A stretch of DNA of 64,000 nucleotides from Flaccisagitta enflata (GCA_965153355.1 OZ231126.1:32116001-32180000), one strand, 5' to 3'; numbered from the stretch's first letter, positions 1 through 12,716 are shown. Translations and numbers: made by a program. The notes: a model not told the origin generated them from the letters alone.

Positions 1-265
1 TTTTATCAAAATATCATGAGAGTGGAAACACAATTATCTATTTCAAGGTGCGAGAACGTCCAGAGTTACAGTTGAGCTACACTAGAGCGCATTCCAAAGG
101 ACTAAGCAAAATCATGCTGTAAAGTGAAGCTGCTTTGTTGCCTTGTTACAGAAAAAACTTCAAAATCTCCTGCGAGACAGTTGGTTGTGTGCCTTATAAG
201 CGGGCATGCCTTATTAGCGGGTGCGCTCCAGCGGTGCTCCACTGTACTTATATTTACCTGTATGA

Positions 266-498
266 CTATTGGCCAGGTACTGTTGACCAGGCTGTAAATC
301 TTGAAACCTCACAAATGTAAAATTCTTTTGAAGTACATTTTGATTTACTCCAGGAATATTTTGAAGAGTCATAATGCACAAGACAATATTTGCCATTGCC
401 ATAGTAGAATTGAAATCCCCAGTATTTCTCAAACGGTAATAGATAGTAATTCAAATCAAGAGTGTCGCCATTGACCCAATACCAAGTTTTGCTGTCCT
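266..498 (-). CDS. C-type lectin-like domain gene, last identified coding exon (C-terminal half of CTLD)
   Basis: Acceptor ttcattctgcag|AG (phase 1). Translates (E)DSKTWYWVNGDTLDLNYYLLPFEKYWGFQFYYGNGKYCLVHYDSSKYSWSKSKCTSKEFYICEVSRFTAWSTVPGQ*. The W-x-W-x-N/DG, C...W....C......ICE pattern is typical of CTLDs. Confidence 0.85.
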
Positions 499-1736
499 CT
501 GCAGAATGAATTGTTAACAAACAATTGATCTGATTGGCGTCCAGGAACAAACCGCAGGTTGAAAAAAATTGGTCAAGACTCCTGACCAAGGGAAATGCTG
601 TTTTTTGTTTTGTTGCATTAACTTTAAATCAATGGCAAAAATAAAAAAAATTAGAAATGAAGAATTCAAAGATAGTGAAAATGCATCATTTTTACATATT
701 CTTTACATTGAAAATCAAATCTGTTGCAAACTTAAAAAAACATCTGAAAAGTGTAGCAATACTTGCTGTAAAAATGCTCTTATTTCTTTAGTAATTTTTG
801 AAGTTTATTCTAGCAAATTGATTTCTATTCCAGCTTATTTTCAAAAATACCTCTTTAAAAATCTTGAAAACTATGAAAAGTTTACAGATATTGTTAAGAT
901 ACACATGCTTCAGTATAAACCAGCTTATTTTTAGAAATATTTAGTGGATTAGAGCTTAAATACAGCCAAAAACAGTGAAAAATAGTTACTTCACATTGTT
1001 TTTTGGCATTTTTTTTTGGTGGTTTTGATCAATGAAAAATCCCTCCAAACAAACTAAAGGAGGTAAAAGCATGAGTGTAGCAACTGTAACCAAACTTTTT
1101 ACTCATTTTTTTCATACTTTTGGAAGACATGAATACTATTTTTGACTTAAAAAATCCTGTTTTTGGGCAGCGGCCTCGAAGGGGACAAAGTCCTGTAAAA
1201 CACAGGGGGAATCTGTCTGTCCGTACGTACATCTGTATGTCCGTACGTCCATCCCCCCCACCCCATCCCAAGGGCTTCGTCTCCTTTGGGGCCTATTCTG
1301 ACCCAAATTCAGCTAAATAGCCCAAATCCCAGCAACATAGCTCAAATCCAAGCAAAATGCCTCGAATCCAAGCATAATGGCTCAAATCAAGCATAATGGC
1401 CCAAATCTGACCAGAAAGCAGTGCTCCATTGTAGAAAATGCATCATAAAAGACATTTCCTCAGGTCAGGAGTTTTGACCATCATTTTCAACCTAGGGTTT
1501 GTTCCTGGACGCCATGTGGTATGAATCCTGTTGTTGAAAAACTTTTTGCCACACATAAATGTTATCATTTACATCACCTTTTGTAAGTCACCGACACGGG
1601 ACTCTTTAAACCACTTTGCGGTCAACCAGTCAGTTGGTTGGTCCGTTAGTCCATCATTTCTAACTTTAGGTGCGTTTTTGCCCCCTCCTAACCCTCAGCG
1701 GCTTCAAGGTTTGTCTTTTTTTATGAGGTGGTGAAG

Positions 1737-1956
1737 ATTCCATTTGAATAAGTTGAGTAGTGAGTTCTGAGCATAATGGACCCTGCCTAAAATTCCATTC
1801 AGATAAGTTATGTGGTGAGTTCTGAGCATAATGGACCCTGCCTAGAATTCCATTCAAATGAGTTGAGCAGTGAGTTCTGAGCATAATGGATCCTGCCTAA
1901 AATTCCATTCAAATAAGTTGAGTAATGAGTTCTGAGCATAATGGACCCTGCTTAAA
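1737..1956 (+). repeat. 55-bp tandem repeat, 4 copies, intronic
   Basis: Unit attccattcaaataagttgagtagtgagttctgagcataatggaccctgcctaaa starting at 1737, 1792, 1847 and 1902. Confidence 0.95.
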
Positions 1957-2182
1957 TGAAAGTGACTGCTCATCCGTTGTGTACGCGCAGTTAATTCTTT
2001 ACGCCGCTTTACTGGTCCAGGCCATTTCTGTTTAGTTGGTTATTCCATTGGTCTGAACGTCCATCCATCTGTTATATTTGTTAGGCAGTATTAAAGATTC
2101 CTCCTTTGTGAACTTTCCTCTGCATAACTGCCCCTGGCCCCCTACAAACAGCTATTTGGGTTGGTTCTGCTTTCTCACGTAC

Positions 2183-2308
2183 CCAAACTATGGACTGTAG
2201 AGGAAGCACCGAGGTAAATTTCTTTGGGACGTGCCCATTTTGGTGCACCTTCGATGAGCGAGTTGAGCATCTTATTTTCGTATTTTGTTTCCAGTATTGC
2301 GAGTTGTC
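2183..2308 (-). CDS. C-type lectin-like domain gene, internal exon (middle of CTLD)
   Basis: Acceptor ttgactag|G, donor G|gtacgt, 126 nt, phase 1-1. Translates GQLAILETKYENKMLNSLIEGAPKWARPKEIYLGASSTVHSL, with the G-x-LA-x-L...EN and IYLG (WIGL-equivalent) motifs. Confidence 0.85.
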
Positions 2309-2604
2309 CTAGTCAAATTAATTCAAAGTGATAGAGAGAAAGCAGGGATCATGGTTAAGATCAATTTATTGCCTTGACTTGCGTCAATTAGCAAGTTGCA
2401 TGTAAATGGCCATATTTCCTTGTATAGAAATTTCCATTCGTTTCAATTATGGGGAAAAAAGTCGAAGTCAGTCTTCGACTTTTTGACATACTCCAGAGAA
2501 ACTTGGTTTTGATTTTCTTATGAGGTAATTTCTGCTCTTGATCGCCCTAGTGGCCCTTTGAACAAAATTGACAGGGTTAGTGAATTTGGTAATCCTGTTT
2601 CATT

Positions 2605-3068
2605 TAGCACCAAGCAGAATGCTCTACGACAAATATTTTTTTAGTTATGATTTTTCTTAGATTTTTTTTACAAAATAGATACAAGAAAACATGTTTAGGA
2701 GGATAGCTGCTCATCTGTGATGGTGTTTTTCAGAATTCTAATTCATTCAGCTCATTTAGATCAGTCTTTTTTTTCAAATGCGATGAATAAATAAATGTTT
2801 TTATGCATGTTTGAGCATGAAAATATAAAAAAGCATGTCAGTGAGCATAGCTGGTCATCTGTGTGAGTGATTTTGAGTATTTTAGCTCATCTTGCTCATT
2901 TGGCTCAGTCCTTTTTTCTCTGATTTTCAGTGCAATCAATAGATACAATGACTCTTGATTTGATTTAACAAATAAGAAAGATTGCAGTGACTAAAGATAA
3001 AAGTTTGATTAAAAATAGTCAATGCTTACAATTTTTTTCCTCACGGAGAGAGTCGCCATTACTGGTAC
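2605..3068 (+). mobile_element. Unclassified interspersed repeat with internal gagcatagctgctcatc / gctcatttagctca sub-repeats
   Basis: Near-identical blocks recur at about 40262-40850 (+) and 59925-60350 (-); its 3' end (caatgcttacaa...cctcacgg...gccattactggta) recurs at about 57428-57476. Confidence 0.7.
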
Positions 3069-3084
3069 ACTATCAAACTTGAAA

Positions 3085-3565
3085 TCAAGGCCCGATACAC
3101 GGCTACCCAAGTTGCGTGCAGGTGGGCAGGGGTAGTGATAAGAAAAGCTTAACAGGTATTGGGGCAGGGGCAGAAATGAAAAAACAGCCCGTAAATGCCG
3201 AAAAAAGCAGTGTTTTGGATTCAGGGATCAATGGACCAACAGACAAACGGACCAATGCAATCCGACAAAGCGGGTTATAGAGTCGCGTGCATGCGAATAA
3301 AAAGAATCTAAGCTGTGAGCTTCTTCAATCTCTAACAAGTGACGCGGAATCTCAATATCGTTGCGGATGGGTGGGCAGGGGCATCCAACCCCCATCTACA
3401 CCCCAACCCACCCCCATCACTCAAACATACACAAAAAGTATCTAAAGGCTCGTTTTCCCATTATTCAACTCGATCAGAATGGACCGACGGATGGACCAAC
3501 GGACCGATGGACAGACGGATGGATGGACAAAGCCTCTTACAGAGTTGTGTGTCCGCAACTAAAAA
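3085..3565 (-). mobile_element. Two adjacent Helentron/DINE-1-like (HINE) non-autonomous elements
   Basis: Ends aacaag... and ...gtcgcgtgcatgcgaataaaa / gttgtgtgtccgcaactaaaaa with GGAC/GACG tetranucleotide repeats; same layout as many other copies in the window. Confidence 0.7.
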
Positions 3566-3685
3566 GCAGGCCCGATTTGTCACAATCCGGACATTATGAT
3601 TATAACATGTTCCGTCACGGGAATTGTTACACAGCATTTGAGGTCATGTATTAAAGTAGCTAGATCCCAAATTTTGAATTCTTAC

Positions 3686-3787
3686 CTCCGATGACATTGC
3701 AAGCCTTCTTTGCATCATCAAATGATTTTTTTTGCATACTGAGGTAGTACCTTGATTTACCAACCATGCCATACTCAAAATACTTAT
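3686..3787 (-). CDS. C-type lectin-like domain gene, internal exon (N-terminal part of CTLD)
   Basis: Acceptor ttttgatatttcag|AT, donor G|gtaaga, 102 nt, phase 1-1. Translates DKYFEYGMVGKSRYYLSMQKKSFDDAKKACNVIG, matching the CTLD YY.S...SF..A...C...G pattern. Confidence 0.88.
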
Positions 3788-3993
3788 CTGAAATATCAAA
3801 AGAAGAACGCTATCAAGTTAAACACTGAAGAATTACTACAATTCTACATTGAGGTGTAAACTTCATTTATGAAATTTAACGTCTTTATCTTGTTTCAGAT
3901 ACATTCACAAATGATTTCTGTTCATCTGTTTGTTTGTGACTCTCTTTAATTATCCTTGTTTTTGAAAAACCTGTCTGTCTGTCACTCTCTCTC

Positions 3994-4089
<96 letters not shown>

Positions 4090-4242
4090 CTGGTCCCTGA
4101 TTGCAGGGTGCATAACTATCGTGAGAACAGTCCCACTTATCATGCTGGCATTTGCATGTGTGACACATATTTTCTGGGTCACATGTGTCATTTCGTAATT
4201 CGCACTTGTTTGCTATTGTTCCATGATCGCAATTTGTAATCG
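4090..4242 (-). CDS. Cys-rich (VWC/pacifastin-like) exon spliced in frame to the CTLD exons
   Basis: Acceptor tttctcggttcag|CG, donor G|gtcaga, 153 nt, phase 1-1. Translates ITNCDHGTIANKCELRNDTCDPENMCHTCKCQHDKWDCSHDSYAPCNQGP (8 Cys, CxxCxC...W-x-C). Confidence 0.75.
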
Positions 4243-6244
4243 CTGAACCGAGAAAGTTTTTTTTTTTCAATCAGGAAACATTTAAAACCAAGCAAATGGT
4301 CCTCAATTAGACGAAAAACACATAAAAAGTGTAGAATGCACACCTCTTATTGCGCTTGGACGATGAAATTTTAACTATAGTAGGCAAAAGTATAAAATTC
4401 ATCACACAAGCCCAACTACTACCTAGGCCATAAGTATTGCAACAGCTTTAGACTGAGATAAGTGGGCTCACCTTTTCTTGGTGAGATTCCTAATCTACAT
4501 GAAATTTTCTTCAAATCTAGCTCAATCTCAGAATTCTCGGTCAATTCGTTTAGAAATGGCGCAAGAAAATGTAAAAATGTTCCTTTTTGAAAATCATGAA
4601 AAAATCATGTTGGTATCTTTCACTACCCATCTACAACATTTTGCAGATAGATAATGGCAACAATAGGTCCCAGAGGTGACCTAGCAACTTGCCTGCCCTC
4701 AATCCAATTGAAAACCTTCTCAGTCAGATGAGGAACCTGCAGAAAAAAGTGCGTGTGAAAAAAACTGCACAGAAGGTTTGCACCAGAAGTCGCACCAGAT
4801 TACCTAAAAATGCTATACTAATTAGGGGTGTTCCAAGGGTGATTTTTACCCTTGTACGAATGTAAGCCGAGGTTTATTTACCCTTGTACGAATGTAAGCC
4901 AAATGTGAAGAATGTGCTTGTTTTCTATATGATTGGTAGAACAATATCCTTCACTATACTACCTAGGAAATAGATATACGGACAGCTGGAGAAAATGAAT
5001 CAATTTGTAGTCACAATATGGTATTTTGATCTATCAAGTGCTCTGTTTCGACTTTGTATAGGATTGGTCTTTGATCTTTTAACCTGCATCAGTGTATCCT
5101 TGGCTTCGCAAAAAGCAACAAAAAAAAAATCATTGAATCAGTTTTTTTTTCTTTTATGATCAGATAATTTCAGAGCACTATTTTTCTTCAAAACGCTGTA
5201 ATTTCAAAACGGATTTAGCTACCAAGCTCTGCTTGGTCTTGAATTGAAGATTTTTTGCTATAGTTTGTTGATCTTCTTTCATTGTTTCGTTGGATATTAC
5301 AGTTTAGTTGCTATAATCATGTTTAGGTATCCGTATATTTATTTCCTTGATAGTACCGTAACTGGAATAAATGGACGAGGGCCTTGTGAACCCTCACTGA
5401 CTAGGTCTTATGCGCACCACTCACACATTCACACACATACGCACACATATGTCACTGACGCGTTTTACGCAGCGGCGACACGGCGGCAGCGCAGCGGCGA
5501 CGCAGCGGGAAACACGTCCTAACATTTATACTTCTGTGTACAAACGTTTTCCCAGATTTAAAGATGCTGTTTTTAGTTGCGTGAACACATCACTACACAC
5601 TGCTCTGTCCGTCCGGCTGTCTTTGCGTCTCTCTGTCACACTTTTGTTTGAATCAAATTTATTTCTTTTTGTCATGTTATACTAAGTCATTCCAAGTCAT
5701 AGTCAGTTTAGTTAATTTTGTCATTTTAGTAAGTTTTGTAATTTATGTCAATTTACGTCAATTAAGGTCATTCCCGGTCAATCTAAGTGCTTTTCACTTT
5801 AAGGCATTTTTCGTCATTTATAGATGCATCCTTGCATCTCTATAAAAGGCGGTCTGTTGGTAGATTGGTTGAAAACGAATTCATTCAAAATATCTAATCT
5901 TAAAAAAGCTAAATCAACACCTCAGATAATTGCTGATTTTCACCCTAACACCTAACAAGGCCGTATAAACGGCTACCAAAGTTGCGTGCGAGTGGGAAGG
6001 GGTGGTGATTAAAAAGGCTAACCAAGCATTTGGGTAGGAGCGGTAATGCATGTCCGTGTGATAGTAGCTATTTGAGCTGAAGGTAGGGGTGCTAGCGATT
6101 TTGACTGCCCCTCTCACTCACTTATGTTTTTGGTGGATATTCCATTGCACAATCAGTTGAATCATTTGTTGGACAATCCATTTAACGTTTTTTCACTCAA
6201 AGATTTTTTTACTGACAGAAATTCTTGCTCGATGTGTCCACTGA

Positions 6245-6276
<32 letters not shown>

Positions 6277-6983
6277 CTCTCTTTCTCTCTCTCTCTCTTT
6301 CTCTCTCTCATCGGTAAGATAACATTTGTGTCCACAATGGTTCCTGTTAAAATCAGCAACATCCGTTGAACTTGATTTGATTAACAAAACCTTCAGAAGT
6401 ATACTTCGGCATTTAGCTAAAACATTTGTACAATCCGAAACAAGGGCCGAAACAAGAACATTTGTTGTTGTTTGCCCTCCAAGCCGAGCCCTTGGAACAA
6501 CCCTAATACTAATCGATACTAAGGCAGATGGAAGCTGTCATTTAGGCCCAGGGTAAACACATATTTGCCTGAATTGACTCATCTTGCTTTGTATTGGTGA
6601 TTAAATGAACTAATACCCTAAGTGTTGCAATACTTTTGTCCTATATATGTTTTCAAGAAAAAAATTTTTTTCCCAAATTGAGGGTCCTTTACAGCCATTT
6701 CGAGTTTCGTGCATACTTTAAATTTTGAACAATCGTACCTTGAACAGAGTGGACAAATATGAAGCACAAAATTGAGAGTCCAAAAATTGAGCCTCGCGAT
6801 GAACCCGACATTTCTACAGGGCAGTCTTGGAGATATTCTTCCTGTTCAGATCAAATCTCGGCGTAATTGCACTGTAGTTCCCCTGGACTGGAGTGCGGTA
6901 AGGCACAAAAATTTTTTTTCTCAAATTGTAGATCTTTTGACAGAAAATGAGTAAGCTTATCCATTAGATTTTTTTTTCCTTCT

Positions 6984-7259
6984 TTTTAGATGCGTCCTCG
7001 CATCTCTATAATAGGCTGTGTCCGTTGGTCTGTCTGTCTGTCGGTAACGCATTCATTAAAATCAAAATCAAGCATTTTTTCAACAGAAAAGTGGCCCCGA
7101 CCCAATGATAGAAGCATACATCTTGTAATTCATTCATTAAATCATCAATTCATTCACAAATGACATTCATTCATAAAAAAACATTCATTCATAAAAAACA
7201 TTCATTCATAAAAAACATTCATTCAAAGAAGACGCATCGCTTGCCTACTTGGCCTTGTT
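6984..7259 (+). mobile_element. HINE-like element, family 'C' (tttagatgcgtcctcgcatctc...gacgcatc...ggccttgtt)
   Basis: 5' hairpin AGATGCG-tcct-CGCATCT, GTCY microsatellite, short central ttcattcataaaaaaca repeats, 3' subTIR gacgcatc, then ggccttgtt. Other copies at about 46762-47277 and 53737-53856 (-). Confidence 0.7.
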
Positions 7260-7767
7260 AGATAAGACCTCGCATCTCTATAAAACATCATGTCTAGCGT
7301 TGGTTGGTTTGTATATCCGTCATACTTTTTTCACGAAATCAAAAATTCCCTCATTAGAACAAGGCCAAGAGATATCAAATTGATACATCTTCTTTTGATA
7401 AAAGAAATCAGGATATAAAGATAAAGAGTTACAGATACAGTAGATGTCGTCTATACTTGGAAATACGGGGGCCCTCATATCGTAATAACCATTAGTAAGT
7501 TTTCTCATTAGATCCCCACAACGTTGTCCCAGGCTCTTGAGACCACGATTTTTGAATTCCTCGTGAAAAATTGTGCGGAAAACCAGAAAACTGTGCCTTT
7601 TTGGCAAAACCGAAGTTAAAAATCACACTCTTTTTCATCAGTACTACCCTTGATTATTTTGCCGCCATTTTTTCCGTCAGTGGTAACTAGATGGAATCTG
7701 TTTCTCTCTTTGAAACTTCAGCGTAGTCTTTGATGTTGCATTACAGGGTAGATTCCGACAAAGAATA

Positions 7768-8230
7768 GAAGAAGAAGAAGAAGAAGAAGAAGAAGAAGAA
7801 GAAGAAGAAGAAGAAGAAGAAGAAGAAGAAGAAGAAGAAGAAGAAGAAGAAGAAGAAGAAGAAGAAGAAGAAGAAGAAGAAGAAGAAGAAGAAGAAGAAG
7901 AAGAAGAAGAAGAAGAAGAAGAAGAAGAAAAAGACGATGAAAGAGAAGAAGAAGAAGATAACAATGAAGAAGAAGAAGAAGAAGAAGAAGAAGAAGAAGA
8001 AGAAGAAGAAGAAGAAGAAGAAGAAGAAGAAGAAGAAGAAGAAGAAGAAGAAAGAAGAAGAAGAAGAAGAAGAAGAAGAAGAAGAAGAAGAAGAAGAAGA
8101 AGAAGAAGAAGAAGAAGAAGAAGAAGAAGAAGAAGAAGAAGAAGAAGAAGAAGAAGAAGAAGAAGAAGAAGAAGAAGAAGAAGATGAAAGAGAAGAAGAA
8201 GAAGATAACGATGAAAGAGAAGAAGAAGAT
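7768..8230 (+). repeat. Long (GAA)n microsatellite
   Basis: About 460 bp of nearly pure GAA with a few gac/gat interruptions. Confidence 0.98.
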
Positions 8231-8237
8231 GACGATT

Positions 8238-8740
8238 AACTAGTCATCCACGGATCGCACATGGTCAGCGGTACCCGATGCCCTGCTTGGAGTGATCAGC
8301 TGAATCAGTGGAGTGAGAGCAGGGCAGCGGCCCCAAAGGGCCAATGTCCTGTAGGACACAGGGGTGAATTTCCAGACGTCCTAAGAGGGCATATTTGAGG
8401 CCTTGGTGGCAATTTTCCATGTTATTCAATAGGAATTTTACATTTTTTCAATTTCTTGTCATTTTACCATGTTATTCAATGGGAATTTTACATTTTTTTC
8501 AATTTTCATCAATTTTCTATGTTATTCAATGGGAAACATACAATCTTTTGCTTTTTTGTAAATTTTCTATGTTATTCAATGGGAAGTTTGTATTTTGTCA
8601 ATTTCCCATGTTATTCAATGGGAATTTGAGGCTGGAGAAGTTTAGGGGGGGGGACGGACGGACGTACGTACAGACGGACGTCTGGAAATTCACCCCTGTG
8701 TCCTACAGGACATCGGCCCTTTGGGGCCGCTGCCCAAAAA
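8238..8740 (-). mobile_element. HINE-like element, family 'D', with an internal inverted repeat of about 55 bp
   Basis: gggcagcggccccaaagggcc.atgtcctgtaggacacaggggtgaatttccagacgtcc and its reverse complement flank ttattcaatgggaa sub-repeats; GGAC repeats present. Related copies at about 1162-1410, 39350-39877, 45650-46123 and 50710-51260. Confidence 0.7.
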
Positions 8741-11361
8741 GAAGAAGAAGATGACGATAAACAAGGCCGGATACACGGCCATACCAGTTGCGGACGGGTG
8801 GGTAGGGGCGGAAATGTGCGTTTTCACACTTTTTGACTCGTGTACACCGATGGACGGAGGGACGGACAAAGGCTCTTATAGAGTTGCGTGTCCGCAACTA
8901 AAAAGAAGAAGAAGATGCCGCTAAGAAAGAAGAAGAAGATAAAATCATGGTCTCAAAAGTCTGTGGAAACGAATTCAACTTCTTATGCTACTACTAGTTA
9001 CTCCATGCACCCCTGACAGACAAATAGACAAAAAGATAGACAAAAGATAGACAAGCAGATGGACAAAAAAGAATCAACGGAATCCATTTAAGGGACGTCA
9101 GTAAAAGCGGCTGACTAAACTTTAACATTGAATTCACTTTGTGCATCTACTATATATTTTTGACTGATAGCATCCTACTTAACGGGTTTGCGACGCTATG
9201 CGACAGCTAGGATTGGGCTGAGCTTTTGGAATTATGTGAAGATATATCATGGGTACATGTATGCCCATTTTAAGCAATTTTCTAATAGCCGAAGGTGGCC
9301 TAATAGTTCTTTTAATATTTCATATATTTTTTATAATGTTTTTTCCACATCAAATAAAACCCAAATTTTGCTCAATGAATCATCGGATATTTCTAATTTA
9401 ATTTCTGATGACAGATTTTTAAAAATTTCAAAACCAAAGACATAGCTCTTGTGTGAGTATAGTGATTTTTTCCAGGGAAAAAGTTTGTTTTGATTCAAAT
9501 GCTCCTTATACTTTGGTTTATTGTTGTACTGATTTTTTTATTACTAAAACATATCGTCCTATTTCAAATAAAGCTTTTTCTTGTGAGTCAGACGATGTTT
9601 TCAAATTCTTTTTTTAATATTGTTCACTTTTTGAAATTCATACTAAAAGATTAGTGTGTCTTAACGACGGCTAACGTTGGATGGCGGGCAGGAAGTTTCT
9701 TCAGAGAATACTTACCATTAGTGCCAATAAAATGAAACTATGTGTGTATAATGCTTATGTCCTATAGGGTTGACGATGAGGTATGGCAGCTCTGTGGATA
9801 GAAAATTCTTTTGAATATACTAAATCATATTAGCTTTATAGAAACGGATGTTGGAATTGGTCTAGTAGTTAACTCACTTAACTTAAGATTTATGGTGATC
9901 AGTTTATTTCTTCAAAAGGTTCTAAGTTTGAATCCCAGGCTGGTTTTGCAATTAAAGCGTATAGATGAAGCTGAAATTCTGCCATAAAAGTGATTGATCC
10001 TAATATTTTATACCAAAAGTTTTTTTTTGTAAGGTAAGCTGTAGGGGGATGCCATACCCCATCGTCAAACTTTTAGGGGGTATACGTTACACCATCAAAA
10101 TATCAGTCCCCTGATTGTACTGATGCTCAGGTTATGAGCTCCCTCGTATTTCCAAGTCTAGACGACATCTACTGTATACCATCTTGGCCATAAATATAAG
10201 CACAGTAGGTGTATAAGTTGATTTATTGACTAGAAGTGAGCAGCAAACATATCAGACTGTATCTAATATTTAGTATAACCATGTGGGGCATCCACCACTG
10301 CCCGCATTCACTTTGGCATTGACTCATAGAGAGACTGGAGGTACTCTGGAGTTATATTGTTTCAAACCGTTTATGCAATTCATTTCAGCCCTGCTTTGCA
10401 TGTTGTTTTCCCCTGTTTTTGCAGGTTTTTTGTTTGAATCTTTGAGTTCTCAATTAGATTAAGATCCAAATTGATGTGGGCTAACCCTGGACGAGGTTAA
10501 CTCGTCAATCGTACAGTATATTTGGCGCAGTGTCACAGTGCACCATAATCCATAAACTAAGAAAAATTCGCCCAACCACACTTGCAAAAGGCAAATGTTT
10601 TATTCATTTGGCTCTCATTTTTAAACGAATACAGATACAGGAACCAGCTTGGTCTCATTTGATAGATTTTTCGAAGATGCAAATTTTGAAAAAAAAAATC
10701 ATCCCTCTGCGATTAAAATTGAGCAAGTTATGACACTTTAAAGCTGTGCTTATATTTATGGCCAAGATGGTAATCCATGAAAAAAATTTTGTGTCACAAC
10801 CTTCCTCATGCATAAGATCTTTCCTTCCTTTACTAATATAGGCTATTATATAAACATTCATGTACTGATTCATTCATAAAAGATATTCATTCTCAGTGGA
10901 TGTATCGTTGGCAACCATGGCCATGTTCGTGATTTTCTGGCCGCTAATGTGACAAAGGGGCAAGTGGTGTTAGGTCCGAATCCCCCCTTCTGTCTTAAAT
11001 GGGATAATTTCTTACTTATTTACTTAACAAATTGTCGGTTTCCGTCGAGATTTTCCTGTGATAGCATTAACTGAATTAACAAGGGCGCGTCATCTTAACA
11101 AATTTTGAGTTTTCTTTAACTGAGTAAACTAACAAACTGGCATTGGTGCATAATGTAAAATATACAATATATATGTACAATTGTATATATACATGTACAA
11201 TTATACATTATACATGCACCTGTCCAGGGTTTGGTTTTTCTGATAATGCAGCTTAACCATAATTTTACCATTTTGAATTCCTGACGCTTGGCTCCAGAGA
11301 AGTATGTGACTTTTTTAAAAATTATCATATTATCATCAATTGTTATTCGTTCTATTTTCAG

Positions 11362-11579
11362 ACGCGGTCATTACGATTCGAGTCCCGGTCGTGGTTTCGG
11401 TTACGGGTCCGACCGTCTCTTCGGCATGTTGCAAGGGACCACGCCCACGGGTGTCGGAGGAGGAGGAGGTATCGGTGGCGGCGGAGGAGGAGGTGGAATC
11501 GTCGAACCTCCGAAAAATACCACTCAAAATGGCCTCCACGACGGCCTCATGCACGCAGCGCACATCGGTGCATCTAATG
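11362..11579 (+). CDS. PPxY-motif protein gene, first identified exon (Gly-rich)
   Basis: Acceptor tctattttcag|A, donor ATG|gtaaga, GC-rich island. Frame RGHYDSSPGRGFGYGSDRLFGMLQGTTPTGVGGGGGIGGGGGGGGIVEPPKNTTQNGLHDGLMHAAHIGASN(G) ends in phase 1 and matches the next exon. The upstream exon/start was not identified. Confidence 0.65.
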
Positions 11580-11838
11580 GTAAGACGGAGGGGGAGCCAC
11601 TGACGGATAAAATTCTTCTGTCAACTTCTTAATTGTTCTCTTTTGTGAGGGCTGATAAGAGTATATATATTCTAGTACAAGAGTGGTAGGGTATTAATTA
11701 GAGATAAGTCACAGGAGGCAAAGACGAAATGTTGAATTTCTTTACCACTGCACTTTACCTCATTAGTATTTCTTCATCTCTTTGTCTCTGTCTGTCTTTT
11801 TCGCATCTCTCTCTCTCTCTGACTGTCCTATACGTCTT

Positions 11839-11925
<87 letters not shown>

Positions 11926-12019
11926 ATCCTTTTCTTCTGTGGCAGTAAATTCTTTTAGGAAGAAAGGTTTCGTCGGATATTCATGAGTTTTTAGCTCGTC
12001 TGTCGAAATTGACGACGAA

Positions 12020-12480
12020 TGTGACAGTGATGACAGCGTCTCTTGACATGGATGACCGATGACACCACTCTGACAGCGATGATAGCGTCTTGGCAGTTGT
12101 GAGAACGCATTTGCACAGTGAACAGTGTCTCTGGACAGTGATGACAACACTTGACAGTGATGACAGCGCCTCTTGACATCAATGACTGATGACAAAACTT
12201 TAAGAGTGATGATAGCCTCTCAAGCAGGGACGAGAACGCATTTGCACAACGATGACAGCGCCCCTGGACAGTTCTGAAAACACATGTCAGTGTCCCTTGA
12301 AACATTTGGAACAGTGATGACAGCGCCTTAAGGTAATGATGACAGCGCTTGAAAATGACATTACCTTATGACAATGACGACTTTTAAACAGTGATGACAC
12401 TGACAGTGGTGAAAAGGCTTGACAGTGGTGAGTGGTTGCAGCGCTTTAGCACAGTGACGGCATTTCATGACAGTAATGAC
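12020..12480 (+). repeat. Degenerate tandem array of gacagtgatgacagcg-like units (intronic)
   Basis: Repeated cagtgatgacagcg / gagaacgcatttgcac motifs with variable spacing. Confidence 0.75.
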
Positions 12481-12716
12481 AAACATATTCACAAAGCGCA
12501 GAAAGAGAAAGACGCGCGTTCGTTGCATAGAAGACGATGATGATGGTCATTCGTCTTCATACCTTTCTTTGGCTCAAAACACCGGCATGGCGGTGAGAAA
12601 AACTGAAGTATGGTGGTGAGTCTGGGGGGGGGGGGAAGAGCGCTGGTCGATCTGGCGTCCAAAAGTTCATCAGACAACCGACGATTCTCACCTTTTCTCA
12701 CCACGAATGCCGACAG

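Larger units (their letters stand above)
7438..10174. mobile_element. Tc1/mariner (pogo/Tigger-type) non-autonomous element with nested insertions
   Basis: TA|CAGTAGATGTCGTCTATACTTGGAAATACG...CGTATTTCCAAGTCTAGACGACATCTACTG|TA: about 40-bp TIRs and a TA duplication. Confidence 0.85.

Noticed and set aside
499..589. 5' part of ORF 266-589 (VRSLDQFF...) as coding sequence
   Set aside because: The acceptor at 499 gives the phase-1 junction needed to join exon 2183-2308; the upstream AG at 582-583 is phase-incompatible.
7677..8239. Poly-S, poly-K and poly-E ORFs, and the many ER/LS/CV/TH dipeptide ORFs across the window
   Set aside because: They are translations of (GAA)n, (AG)n, (AC)n and (AAAG)n microsatellites, with no supporting exon structure.
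9858..9945. A-box/B-box-like motifs as a tRNA gene
   Set aside because: No convincing cloverleaf stems; lies inside a Tc1/pogo element.
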